Assembly: GCA_964447445.1 (NCBI GenBank)
Contig: CAYUSW010000007.1
Location: forward strand, 1 to 63,804
DNA length: 63,804 bases
Direction of reading: 5' to 3'
Source of the DNA: an uncultured Thermotogae bacterium
GTDB taxonomy: Bacteria; Bipolaricaulota; Bipolaricaulia; UBA7950; UBA9294
Shown: piece by piece, positions 45,689-53,931 of the stretch
Layout of the letters: each line of letters starts with the position of its first letter
Numbering within the stretch: position 1 is the first letter of the stretch
Notes under the pieces: model-generated
Told to the model about the DNA's origin: nothing
Seen by the model: the letters and a program-made list of their open reading frames with translations, nothing else
Databases searched by the model: none
Made by a program: the position numbers and the translations under genes

Positions 45689-48385
45689 CTAGTAGAGGGT
45701 GCCGCCGTCGATGACCTCGACCGGGCGTTGCTCGACGAGCACGTTCACACCGACCTCAGCCCTCTCTCCAGCGGCGAGACGAACGACGGTCTCCTCTTCC
45801 GGCAGAGAGTGGAATCGCGGAAGCTCATCGCGCGCCACGCGGATCGTCCACTCTCCCGGGCGCAGTCGATCGAAGTGGAACTCCCCCGCCGCATTGCTCA
45901 CCGTGCGCAGCGCCTCGCCATCCTTGCTCTCTAGGGTGATCGCAATCCCGGCAAGGACGGTCGTGGTCTGGCCCTCTCCCGCGAGGATGAGGCCGCTGCC
46001 CGCCTCGCTCGAACTCGGCGCCGGAACGACGTCGACCCGGCCGCGCAGGCTCGCTGCCTTGACGACAGGGAGAGAGACGTCGGCCGTCCCTCCGGCCTCG
46101 AGCTCCGCACGAGTCGCAGCGAGAGTGGGGAAAACGTAGTCCAGGGGTATGTTGGCAACGCGGAGCGAGTAGCTGCCTGGTGGAAGCGGGGAGAAGCGGA
46201 ATCGTCCGTCCGCGCCCGTGAGCGCGCGGGTCCCGTCGAGCACAAGAACGACGTTCCCAAGGCCGATCTCGCCCGGGTCGCTCCGTCCATTGCCGTTTGC
46301 GTCGACGAACACGCGCCCGGCGAGCCGTCCCTTGCTGAGGAGGAATGGAAGCGGCAGGTTGAGTTGGTAGTTGAGCGTTGTCGACCAGCCCAGCTCCAGC
46401 TGGGACGAAGCCGCGCGATCCCATCCCGTCGTTGTGGCAAGGGTGAAGTCGAGCCCATCCGCCAGCCGGAGCGCGAGGGACAGGCCGGCGTCGAACTGGT
46501 TGTCGGTGTTGCCAAGATTTAGCTCCACAGTGCACGGCGCGCCTGAGGAGTCGAAGCGAAACGCGACACTCGTCGATGCGTCCGTCACCACTTCGGTGAT
46601 GAGGTCCTTCGCCTGGCGATGAATCAGCGTGAGTCCTAGACTGTAGCTGTCGAAAGTCATTCCGCAGCCGGCGACGATCGTCACGTCGCGCGTCGATGCT
46701 CCGAGGACATGATCGATTCGATCGACGCGCTCCGCGGACAGGTTGTAGGGAAAGGCCCCGATGCCGCCGCGCGCTGCGAACGCGAGGCGCAGGCGGGCGA
46801 GATCCTTCCACGTCGGATTCTCGCCGTGATCCCAGAGAAGTCCGAACTCGCCGCGCAAGCTCGGCCCGTCGAGGACTGGCGTGCCCGACGCGTCGAGTTC
46901 GAGTCGCTCGCGGATCGTGCGCTCGACGAGGGGCGAGGCGCTGGTGTCGTCCCACGTGTGGGCGAACGACCCGCCGAGTGTCAGCTCAGGCAAGTGGAGC
47001 CGCTGGGCGATGAGGATCCCGGCCGAGTCGCCGTGAGCGCCGGGGAACTCCGTGCCCACCGAGAGCACTTTGACGTCGAGATAGAATGGCCCCGCATCCA
47101 CCTGGGAGGCCAGCAGCAACCCCTGGCTCGCGACGCTGTTGTGCTCGCCGAGCGCTCCCTCCAGCTGCAGTGATACAACATCGAACGGGCGTGTCGCGAC
47201 CGCGAGACTCCAGATCGACTCAGCGTCACCGGCACTTCGCGAGTCTACGTAAGCGAGGCCGACGTTCAGCGCCTCCGGGCCAATGACCAACCGCCCGCCG
47301 GCCCGAGTCTCGCGCCGGAGCCCGCCGCCGACGAACATGAGCCCGTAGTTCTCCGCGTCGATCTCCAGCACCCCGCCGCGGCAGGAGATCCCGACGAGAT
47401 CTGTCAGGTGCTTCGCGGTGTCGCCGATCGCGAACGAAGTCATGTCGCGACGGTACAGGATCGAGACCGAGTGGACCTCGAGAGGGGAGGGCCCGAACCA
47501 CGACCGCACGCCGAGGTCGACAGACAGGGAGCCATCCTCGACGTCGCCGGCGAACGATAGGCCGACGTCGCCCGAGACCTGACCGCTGAACACGTCTTCT
47601 CCCACGGCGAACCGGACGATCGCGGGCAGGTGCTGCATCAGTGACCCACCGACCGCGTCGGGCGGCGGTGGCAGCACTTCGGTCGTGAGAACCGCAGAGT
47701 CGGAGACCTGCCGATCGAGCCGCGCGGTCACCGTGAGAGCCATCCGCACGAGATCTCCCGGCGTCGCCTCGGCCGAGATGGCCTGGCGCGCGACGGCCTT
47801 GGCCTGCCCTCCGGGAGGAATATCGAGGAACGCTGGAACGATCTCGACTGTAGGCGCGGCGGGGGAGAAGGCCGAGAGTTCGAACTCGGCTCGGCTGTTG
47901 CCACAGTTGTAGATGACCAGGGGGTACACGACCAGATCGCCGGGCAGCGCTCCCTGGTCCTGGACGCCGACCGCAAGATGGACGCCGGCGACTGCCAAGA
48001 CCGTCACCGTCTGAAACGCCTCGGACGTCACAGAGGGATTGACCAGGGAGATGGCCTGAAGCGGCACCTCGTAGACCCCCGCGGGCGTGCCCGCCGGGCA
48101 GCGGAGGACCAGGAGAACCGTCTCCGAGGCTCCGGCGCTGACTTGAACATCCGTGCCAAGATCGATCTCGCTCCACCGGTGCGGCGGCATCGAGTGGACG
48201 GCGAACGTATCGGGGATCGACCCAGTGTTGGTGACGCGAACGACGAGCGTCAGCGTGCCCGGCGGAGAGACAGAGACACCGTGCGAAACGTTGTCGATCG
48301 ACACCGTAGCGAGCGCGGGCAGCGCGACAAGCGCTAGGACGAAGCTAGACAGCAAAGCAGTCTGGGCTGAAGGTCGTCGTCTCAT
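45689..48385 (-). CDS. 898-aa secreted mosaic protein: two CARDB/NEW3-like domains, about 430-aa unassigned beta-rich region, two carboxypeptidase-regulatory/SdrD-B-like domains
   Basis: Start is the ATG at 48385. Signal MRRRPSAQTALLSSFVLALVALPALA. N-terminal LTLVVRVTNTGSIPDTF and DLVVYPLVIYNCGNSRAEF modules. C-terminal GRVFVDANGNGRSDPGEIGLGNVVLVL...GRFRFSPLPPGSYSLRV and LRGRV...AAGEFHFDRLRPGEWTIRV. Confidence 0.7.
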   Translation of the reverse strand: MRRRPSAQTALLSSFVLALVALPALATVSIDNVSHGVSVSPPGTLTLVVRVTNTGSIPDTFAVHSMPPHRWSEIDLGTDVQVSAGASETVLLVLRCPAGTPAGVYEVPLQAISLVNPSVTSEAFQTVTVLAVAGVHLAVGVQDQGALPGDLVVYPLVIYNCGNSRAEFELSAFSPAAPTVEIVPAFLDIPPGGQAKAVARQAISAEATPGDLVRMALTVTARLDRQVSDSAVLTTEVLPPPPDAVGGSLMQHLPAIVRFAVGEDVFSGQVSGDVGLSFAGDVEDGSLSVDLGVRSWFGPSPLEVHSVSILYRRDMTSFAIGDTAKHLTDLVGISCRGGVLEIDAENYGLMFVGGGLRRETRAGGRLVIGPEALNVGLAYVDSRSAGDAESIWSLAVATRPFDVVSLQLEGALGEHNSVASQGLLLASQVDAGPFYLDVKVLSVGTEFPGAHGDSAGILIAQRLHLPELTLGGSFAHTWDDTSASPLVERTIRERLELDASGTPVLDGPSLRGEFGLLWDHGENPTWKDLARLRLAFAARGGIGAFPYNLSAERVDRIDHVLGASTRDVTIVAGCGMTFDSYSLGLTLIHRQAKDLITEVVTDASTSVAFRFDSSGAPCTVELNLGNTDNQFDAGLSLALRLADGLDFTLATTTGWDRAASSQLELGWSTTLNYQLNLPLPFLLSKGRLAGRVFVDANGNGRSDPGEIGLGNVVLVLDGTRALTGADGRFRFSPLPPGSYSLRVANIPLDYVFPTLAATRAELEAGGTADVSLPVVKAASLRGRVDVVPAPSSSEAGSGLILAGEGQTTTVLAGIAITLESKDGEALRTVSNAAGEFHFDRLRPGEWTIRVARDELPRFHSLPEEETVVRLAAGERAEVGVNVLVEQRPVEVIDGGTLY

Positions 48386-48526
48386 GGTCGGCGCTCTATT
48401 CAGAAGAATGACCGACGACCGGAATCTCGCTCCGGCCACGCCGCCCGTCGCTACGGGACGTTCGACCTGTTGGCCCTGGAAGTTCGCTGCACCCCGCCGG
48501 CGCTGCGACACCCTCCCATCCGGCGC

Positions 48527-49345
48527 CTAGAAGTTGAGCGTGTAGCGCGCCGCGCGCACGAAGTCGTCGCCGTTGTCGAAGAAAACGAGGCCCTGATACG
48601 GTCCGCTCGCAATGCTGCCGATGACGAGCCGCTGGCGGATGGAACAGCCGGGATAAATCCGCATTCGCGTCCCGTCGTACCGGCCGACGAGCGTGCCCAG
48701 CGCGTCGTAGAGTTCAAGCCAGACGTCCGGACGCAGCCATCGTTCGCCATTGTTCTCGACGTCCATCTGAAGCACGACTCCCTCGTCGGTTCGCAGCAGG
48801 CTATGCCCGACGATCTCTAAGCTTCTCTCGCCGGTGTCATCGATCGTCGTGACGATCTGGAACCCGTACTGGACGACGACACGCATCCCCACTTGGTCGG
48901 CGGCGGCCTCCGGCGCCGGGGACGAGTCCACAGGCTTGATGAGGATCATGCTCCAGTACGTGCCGACGAGCGCAGGATCGTTCGGGATCGTCACGCGGTA
49001 GCTCACCACGGCGATGGATTGGGCGGGCACGGTGACGCGCTCGCCGGCCGGCAGAGCGATCCATGGTGCATTGGAGCGCGGCGTGGATCCCGGCTCGGCG
49101 TAGGAGTTGGACCCATCGAAGAAGAAAAGGTAGTCGACCTGCGTCATCGTCACGTCGACGGCGGCGTCGCTCGAGTTGGACACGCTGATCGTCCCCTCGA
49201 GGATGTCGCCCGGCGCGCAGACGAATTCGGCGTCAAGCCCGCCGCTGACCGCGATCTGCGCGCCCGCGCCTGCGGCGGCCAGGGCGAACCACGCGGCCGC
49301 GGCAACGGCTCCGACGATCCACCGACCTACATCTCGCTGTCTCAC
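48527..49345 (-). CDS. Secreted two-beta-sandwich protein with DUF916/DUF3324-like layout (chaperone-like candidate)
   Basis: GTG at 49345 after GAGGAGGGG. Signal WIVGAVAAAAWFALAAAGAGA. Module 1: PGDILEGTISVSNSSDAAVDVTM...VTVPAQSIAVVSYRVTIP...GTYWSMILIKP. Module 2: LEIVG...VVLQMDVENNGERWL...MRIYPGCS...ASGPYQG. No C-terminal TM. The protein ends in RYTLNF. Confidence 0.6.
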   Translation of the reverse strand: MRQRDVGRWIVGAVAAAAWFALAAAGAGAQIAVSGGLDAEFVCAPGDILEGTISVSNSSDAAVDVTMTQVDYLFFFDGSNSYAEPGSTPRSNAPWIALPAGERVTVPAQSIAVVSYRVTIPNDPALVGTYWSMILIKPVDSSPAPEAAADQVGMRVVVQYGFQIVTTIDDTGERSLEIVGHSLLRTDEGVVLQMDVENNGERWLRPDVWLELYDALGTLVGRYDGTRMRIYPGCSIRQRLVIGSIASGPYQGLVFFDNGDDFVRAARYTLNF

Positions 49346-49455
49346 CGGTCCCCTCCTCTTTCCGCGCGTGCCACCGTGGACGGAGTCCGGCCTCAGAGTA
49401 CCCGAGGTCGCGGCGCACCCGCAATCCCTGCTGTCTCCTTGCCGTTCAAGAGGAA

Positions 49456-49477
49456 GGGGCGGCCGCTCGGCCGCCCC
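49456..49477 (-). terminator. Rho-independent terminator-like hairpin after the P1 gene
   Basis: A 9-bp GC stem (49456-49464 pairing with 49469-49477) with a 4-nt loop. On the minus strand it is followed by UUCCUCUUGAA. Confidence 0.5.
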
Positions 49478-49504
49478 CCGACTCCTTGACTCTCACTGTC
49501 AGGA

Positions 49505-50002
49505 CTACGTGTTGACGATCGTCAGGGTGAGCGTCGTCGAGCCCACGACGGGTGGCGTGGTCGAGGTGGCCGTCAGTCGGAAGCTGACCTGAAGGCCGGT
49601 CTCGTTCAGCGAGTCGATTCCCGTGACGAGATCGCTCGCGGACGTGAGCATCTCGACATAGCCCGGGCTCAAAGCGCCCGTCGGCGCCGCAAGAGCGACC
49701 TCGAGCAAGAGACCGATCGCATCCATGTCATCGTCGACCACACCCGTGATCTTGTGCGCGTCGGTCCCGCCGTTCGACGTGATCATGTACGTGACCGTCG
49801 TTGTGTCAATGGCCGGATCGGGGGCCGACCCGGCAGTCGCCGTGTCGATCACCAGGTCCACCAGCGCGACGTTGGTGTCGATCGCGTTGATCTCGTCCAC
49901 CTCGTAGTTGATGACGACGGTGCAGTACTCCTCGGCCAGAATCGCCCCGGCGATCGCGAGGACGATCACGCCCGCCAGAATCGCTACCGAACCACGCTTC
50001 AT
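49505..50002 (-). CDS. Secreted subunit-like protein P1 (165 aa), paralogue of P2 and of the C-terminal module of P3
   Basis: ATG after AGGAGGAGAGG. Signal MKRGSVAILAGVIVLAIAGAILA. Blocks VVINYEVDEINAIDTNVALVDLVID, TTVTYMITSN and KITG. C-terminal GSTTLTLTIVNT. Confidence 0.75.
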   Translation of the reverse strand: MKRGSVAILAGVIVLAIAGAILAEEYCTVVINYEVDEINAIDTNVALVDLVIDTATAGSAPDPAIDTTTVTYMITSNGGTDAHKITGVVDDDMDAIGLLLEVALAAPTGALSPGYVEMLTSASDLVTGIDSLNETGLQVSFRLTATSTTPPVVGSTTLTLTIVNT

Positions 50003-50206
50003 ACGCCTCTCCTCCTGTCTTCTTCCGATCCTGCCTGACTAGCAGCCACGGCACGCGGTGGATGCTGTACCTATTCCACGATGCAAGCAGATACGTTGAT
50101 CTCTCTTGAGACTGCAGACTGCCGCGCCTGGCCTCCGCCTTGGACTCCTCTCGTGGTCGCGGAGATCCGAGACCCCGCGCTCCCGGGTTCCTTCCGGAAG
50201 TGCCCC

Positions 50207-50215
50207 GAGTCTAGC
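50207..50215 (-). promoter_or_regulatory. Candidate extended -10 promoter in the long P2-P1 spacer
   Basis: Minus strand CCGTGCTAGACT, i.e. TGn followed by TAGACT, about 205 nt upstream of the P1 ATG. No convincing -35. Confidence 0.3.
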
Positions 50216-50294
50216 ACGGAGGTGCCGGCTGGGTCTGTGATCCCAGTCACCGATGAGTAACGCGCGAACTTGCCTGCCTAGTCTCGGGTCGAAG

Positions 50295-50792
50295 CTAGGC
50301 GTTCACGATGGTGAGTGTGAGTGTCGTTGAGTTGAGGGGCACGACGCCCGCCTCGACGTCTGCCGAGAGCTGGAAATCCATCCAGAGGTTTGCCTGTACG
50401 ACGGCGCCCACTCCCAACATGACGTCCTCCGGACCCGTCCACAGTCCCAGCGTCACGGGCGTGCACTCAGGGCTTGGACGCTCCATCTGGAGCGTGAGAT
50501 AGACTCCCGGCGGAAGCTCCGAGTCGATCGAGGCGACGATCTTCCGACTTCCGGCTGGCGCGTTGGTCGTGATGCTGTACGTCACCGTCGTCGAGTCCTC
50601 GGCAATGTCGAGGCCGACCCCAGCAGCACCCGAATCGAGAACAAGCGTCACAAGCTCGACGTTCGTCTCGATTGAGTCGATCTCCGTCACTTCGTAGGTG
50701 ATGACGACATGGGCTGTCTCGGCTCCGTGCGCCGACGCGGCGGACGCGGCTAGCAGTGCTAGGATGAGAGTGACGCTCCTCCGGGTGCTCAT
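50295..50792 (-). CDS. Secreted subunit-like protein P2 (165 aa)
   Basis: ATG at 50792 after GGGGAGGGG. Signal MSTRRSVTLILALLAASAASAHG. Blocks VVITYEVTEIDSIETNVELVTLVLD, TTVTYSITTN and KIVA. C-terminal NSTTLTLTIVNA. Confidence 0.75.
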   Translation of the reverse strand: MSTRRSVTLILALLAASAASAHGAETAHVVITYEVTEIDSIETNVELVTLVLDSGAAGVGLDIAEDSTTVTYSITTNAPAGSRKIVASIDSELPPGVYLTLQMERPSPECTPVTLGLWTGPEDVMLGVGAVVQANLWMDFQLSADVEAGVVPLNSTTLTLTIVNA

Positions 50793-50938
50793 CGTCGATC
50801 GCCCCTCCCCAGCCACGTTTCTCCCCAACGAGCCGAGAGCCTACGCAAAAGAACGGCGCTTGTCCATCTCCTCGCCAGAACTCCGGGTTGCGGCCGGCGC
50901 TGCCGCTGCCCGCAGATCGCGGTCTCTGGACGCTACGC

Positions 50939-51979
50939 CTATGTCACGACGATCGTCAGCGTCAGGTCTGTCGAGCCGAGCGCGACGACTCCAGCGGCAG
51001 CCGTCGCCTCGAGGCGACACGCGACGGTCAGGCCCTTCTCGGCTGTGGATTCGATCCCAAGGACGAGATCGTGGGCTTGCGTGTTCGACATCACGACGTA
51101 GCTCCCGCCGCTTGCCTGATAGGCGCCGCCAGGAGGCGGGGTGAGGCGGATGGCCAACGTGACCCCGGCGGGGAGCGCGGAGGTGATGCTGCCCGTGATC
51201 TTCTGGCTCGCGTCGGATGCCGTCCCGTTCGTCGTGATCTTGTACTTCGCGTCCGACGTGTACACGGTCGCCGGCGGACTTCCGGCGACCGCAGAGGAGA
51301 TCGTTAGAGTGGTCTGGTTGCCCGGTGCGGCTCCCGGAGAGAAGTACAGGATGCGCTCCACGGTCGCATTCACAGAGCAATCGCCCGCCGTGGCGAGCAA
51401 CGCTCCGTCGGAGACCCTGACGAGTCGGAACGACAAGAGCGTCGCGTAGGCCTGAATTGGGCAGTAGATGCCGAAGCCGGTCAGCTCGATCTGGATCGGG
51501 ATGTCCGATCCGTCCGCCGTTAGCGTGAATAGCGCGGCGTAACTCGTCGTCACGGTCTGGTACTCGGTGCCGCCTGCGCACGTCGTGCAATCCCCGCTCC
51601 CGGTCGTCCGCCTCGCGCCAACGGAGATCGCCCAGTCCCGCGTCTGCCGCGTCCCCGCCCACGAATTGTCGCGCCTCACTTGGACTTCGTACGTCACGCC
51701 CTCGACGTCCACGTCGACATCAAGGGTGACGATGTCCGCCCCGCTCTCGTACGTCGATTGGAGGTCGTTCCCAGCCGCACACGAGTCGGCACAGCCCGGA
51801 AGGCAACCGGATGGGGTGCAGGCGTTTGACTGTCCGATGGTCGGCGACCAGCTGCCGGTGGCGGCAATGCTTGCCGCCATCGCGCAGAACGATACGACCC
51901 AACCCGCAACCAGCGCAGCAACGAGCGTGAGGCGAGTTCTGGCTCGGCTCTGCAAACGAGTGCCATTCGGAAGCCTCAT
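50939..51979 (-). CDS. Secreted two-domain protein P3 (346 aa): Cys-rich N-terminal domain plus P1/P2-like C-terminal module
   Basis: ATG at 51979 after AAAGGAG. Signal or anchor RTRLTLVAALVAGWVVSFCAMAASIAA. Eight Cys between residues 54 and 201. The C-terminal module carries AKYKITTNG, QKITGSI and GSTDLTLTIVVT. Confidence 0.7.
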   Translation of the reverse strand: MRLPNGTRLQSRARTRLTLVAALVAGWVVSFCAMAASIAATGSWSPTIGQSNACTPSGCLPGCADSCAAGNDLQSTYESGADIVTLDVDVDVEGVTYEVQVRRDNSWAGTRQTRDWAISVGARRTTGSGDCTTCAGGTEYQTVTTSYAALFTLTADGSDIPIQIELTGFGIYCPIQAYATLLSFRLVRVSDGALLATAGDCSVNATVERILYFSPGAAPGNQTTLTISSAVAGSPPATVYTSDAKYKITTNGTASDASQKITGSITSALPAGVTLAIRLTPPPGGAYQASGGSYVVMSNTQAHDLVLGIESTAEKGLTVACRLEATAAAGVVALGSTDLTLTIVVT

Positions 51980-52040
51980 CCTGACTCCTTTCCCGCCGCT
52001 GCGCAGCAGTATAGCTGCCCGCATCGTCAGCGGGCGAGAC

Positions 52041-53789
52041 CTAGGCGCTCGATTGAGCCTTCGCCCACGTATCGCGCAACGTCGCGGTGCGATTGAACAC
52101 GAGGCGACCAGAAGCGGAATCGGTGTCGCAGGCAAAGTAGCCCTTTCGCTCAAACTGGAATCGGTCTCCCGGCTTCGCGTCGCCCAGAGAGGGTTCGAGC
52201 TTGCAGCCGCCGACCATCGCCAGCGACTTCGCATTCACGCCGGCAAGCCAGTCGTCACCCTCTTCCACCGATTCGGGCTTCTCCGCAGGGAAGAGGACAT
52301 CGTACAACCGAGCTTCGGCGTTCACGGCGTGAGGCACCGACACCCAGTGCAGCGTCGCCTTGACCTTTCGCCCGTCCGGCGAGTCGCCGCCGCGGGTCTT
52401 CGGGTCATAGGTGCAGCGGATCTCGACGACCTCGCCCGCTGCATCCTTCAGGACATCCTCGCAGCGGACGAAGTACGCGTACCGCAGCCGCACCTCGCGC
52501 CCCGGGGCGAGCCGGAAGTACTGGCTCGGCGGATCCTCCATGAAGTCCTCGCGCTCGATCCATAGCTCGCGAGAGAACGGGACCTTCCGCGTCCCAGCCG
52601 CCGTATTCTCGGGGTTGTTCACCGCGTCGAGCCAATCGACCTCACCCTCAGGATAGTTGGTGATGACGACGCGAACGGGATCTAGGACGGCCATGGCCCG
52701 CGCCGCACGCAGGTTCAAGTCCTGTCGCACGCAGTGTTCAAGGTAGGCGAAGTCGACCATCCCCTCCGCCTTCGTCACCCCGACGCCGCGAATGAATGCT
52801 CGAATCGCCTCAGGCGTGTAGCCGCGCCGACGCAGGCCGCGCAAGGTCGGCATTCGTGGATCGTCCCAGCCGTGCACGTGCCCTTCCTCGACAAGTCGGC
52901 GCAGCTTGCGCTTGCTCATCACCGTGTGGGTGACGTTCAGGCGGCTGAACTCGATCTGCCGTGGCCGGCACGGTACGGGGAGGTTGTCGAGGAACCAGTC
53001 ATAGAGCGGGCGATGGTTCTCGAACGCGAGGTCGCACAACGAGTGCGTGATTCCCTCGATCGCGTCAGATTGCCCGTGGGTCCAGTCGTACGTCGGGTAG
53101 ATGCACCACGAGTCGCCGGTCCGGTGATGGGTGGCGCGGAGGATCCGGTACATCACCGGGTCGCGCATGTTGAGGTTCGGATGCGCCATGTCGATCTTGG
53201 CGCGCAGCGTCCGCGAGCCGTCGGGGAATTCTCCCGCGCGCATGCGACGGAACAGGTCGAGGCTCTCCTCCGGCGATCGGTTCCGGTACGGGCTGTCCTT
53301 TCCGGGGGGAGTGACCGCCTGTCCGGCGCGCTCCATCGCGGTCCCGCGGTACTTGCCCACTTCCTCCGGCGAGAGATCGCACACGTACGCCTTGCCCTCG
53401 CGGATCAGGAGTTCGGCCCACTCATAGAGCTGCTCGAAGTAGTCCGAAGCGAAGAAGAGCCTGTCGCCCCAATCGACGTCAAGCCAGCGCATGTCGTCGA
53501 TGATCCCGTCGACGAACTCCTGTTCTTCCTTCGCAGGGTTCGTATCGTCGAAGCGGAGGTTGAACATCCCGCCGTGCTCTTGCGCGATCCCGTAGCTCAG
53601 AAGAAAAGCCTTCGCGTGTCCGATGTGGATGTAGCCGTTCGGCTCCGGCGGGAAACGGGTATGGACTCGCCCATCGTTCTTCCCGGCCGCTACGTCGGCT
53701 GCGACGATCTCGCGAATGAAATCCAATCCTGGACCCTCTCGGCGACCCTCTACTGCCCCATGGCACCGACCTCCTGGTCGTGACTCCAC
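52041..53789 (-). CDS. glnS: Glutamine--tRNA ligase
   Basis: [39 protein letters not shown] (HIGH) and VMSKRKL (KMSKS). The start is GTG at 53789 or TTG at 53726. Confidence 0.9.
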   Translation of the reverse strand: MESRPGGRCHGAVEGRREGPGLDFIREIVAADVAAGKNDGRVHTRFPPEPNGYIHIGHAKAFLLSYGIAQEHGGMFNLRFDDTNPAKEEQEFVDGIIDDMRWLDVDWGDRLFFASDYFEQLYEWAELLIREGKAYVCDLSPEEVGKYRGTAMERAGQAVTPPGKDSPYRNRSPEESLDLFRRMRAGEFPDGSRTLRAKIDMAHPNLNMRDPVMYRILRATHHRTGDSWCIYPTYDWTHGQSDAIEGITHSLCDLAFENHRPLYDWFLDNLPVPCRPRQIEFSRLNVTHTVMSKRKLRRLVEEGHVHGWDDPRMPTLRGLRRRGYTPEAIRAFIRGVGVTKAEGMVDFAYLEHCVRQDLNLRAARAMAVLDPVRVVITNYPEGEVDWLDAVNNPENTAAGTRKVPFSRELWIEREDFMEDPPSQYFRLAPGREVRLRYAYFVRCEDVLKDAAGEVVEIRCTYDPKTRGGDSPDGRKVKATLHWVSVPHAVNAEARLYDVLFPAEKPESVEEGDDWLAGVNAKSLAMVGGCKLEPSLGDAKPGDRFQFERKGYFACDTDSASGRLVFNRTATLRDTWAKAQSSA

Positions 53790-53931
53790 CCCGCCCCTCC
53801 GGCGGGGACAAGGCGTGAGTCTACCTCAACGTCTCGCGAGTTGCCTAGGGCGCTTCGGCTTGTCTTTCAGGCAGCCCCGGCCTCTGCCGCCCGCGTGGAA
53901 CCGCGGGAGCCTGTTCCGGTACCCTTGTCAG

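Noticed and set aside
52017-52035. GCCCGC/GCGGGC hairpin after glnS, considered as a terminator separating glnS from the P3 locus
   Set aside because: It has only a 6-bp stem and no downstream U-tract on the transcribed strand, so I cannot call it a terminator. A TATACT box (52008-52013, minus strand) without a -35 is likewise too weak to list as a promoter. Whether P3 is co-transcribed with glnS stays open.
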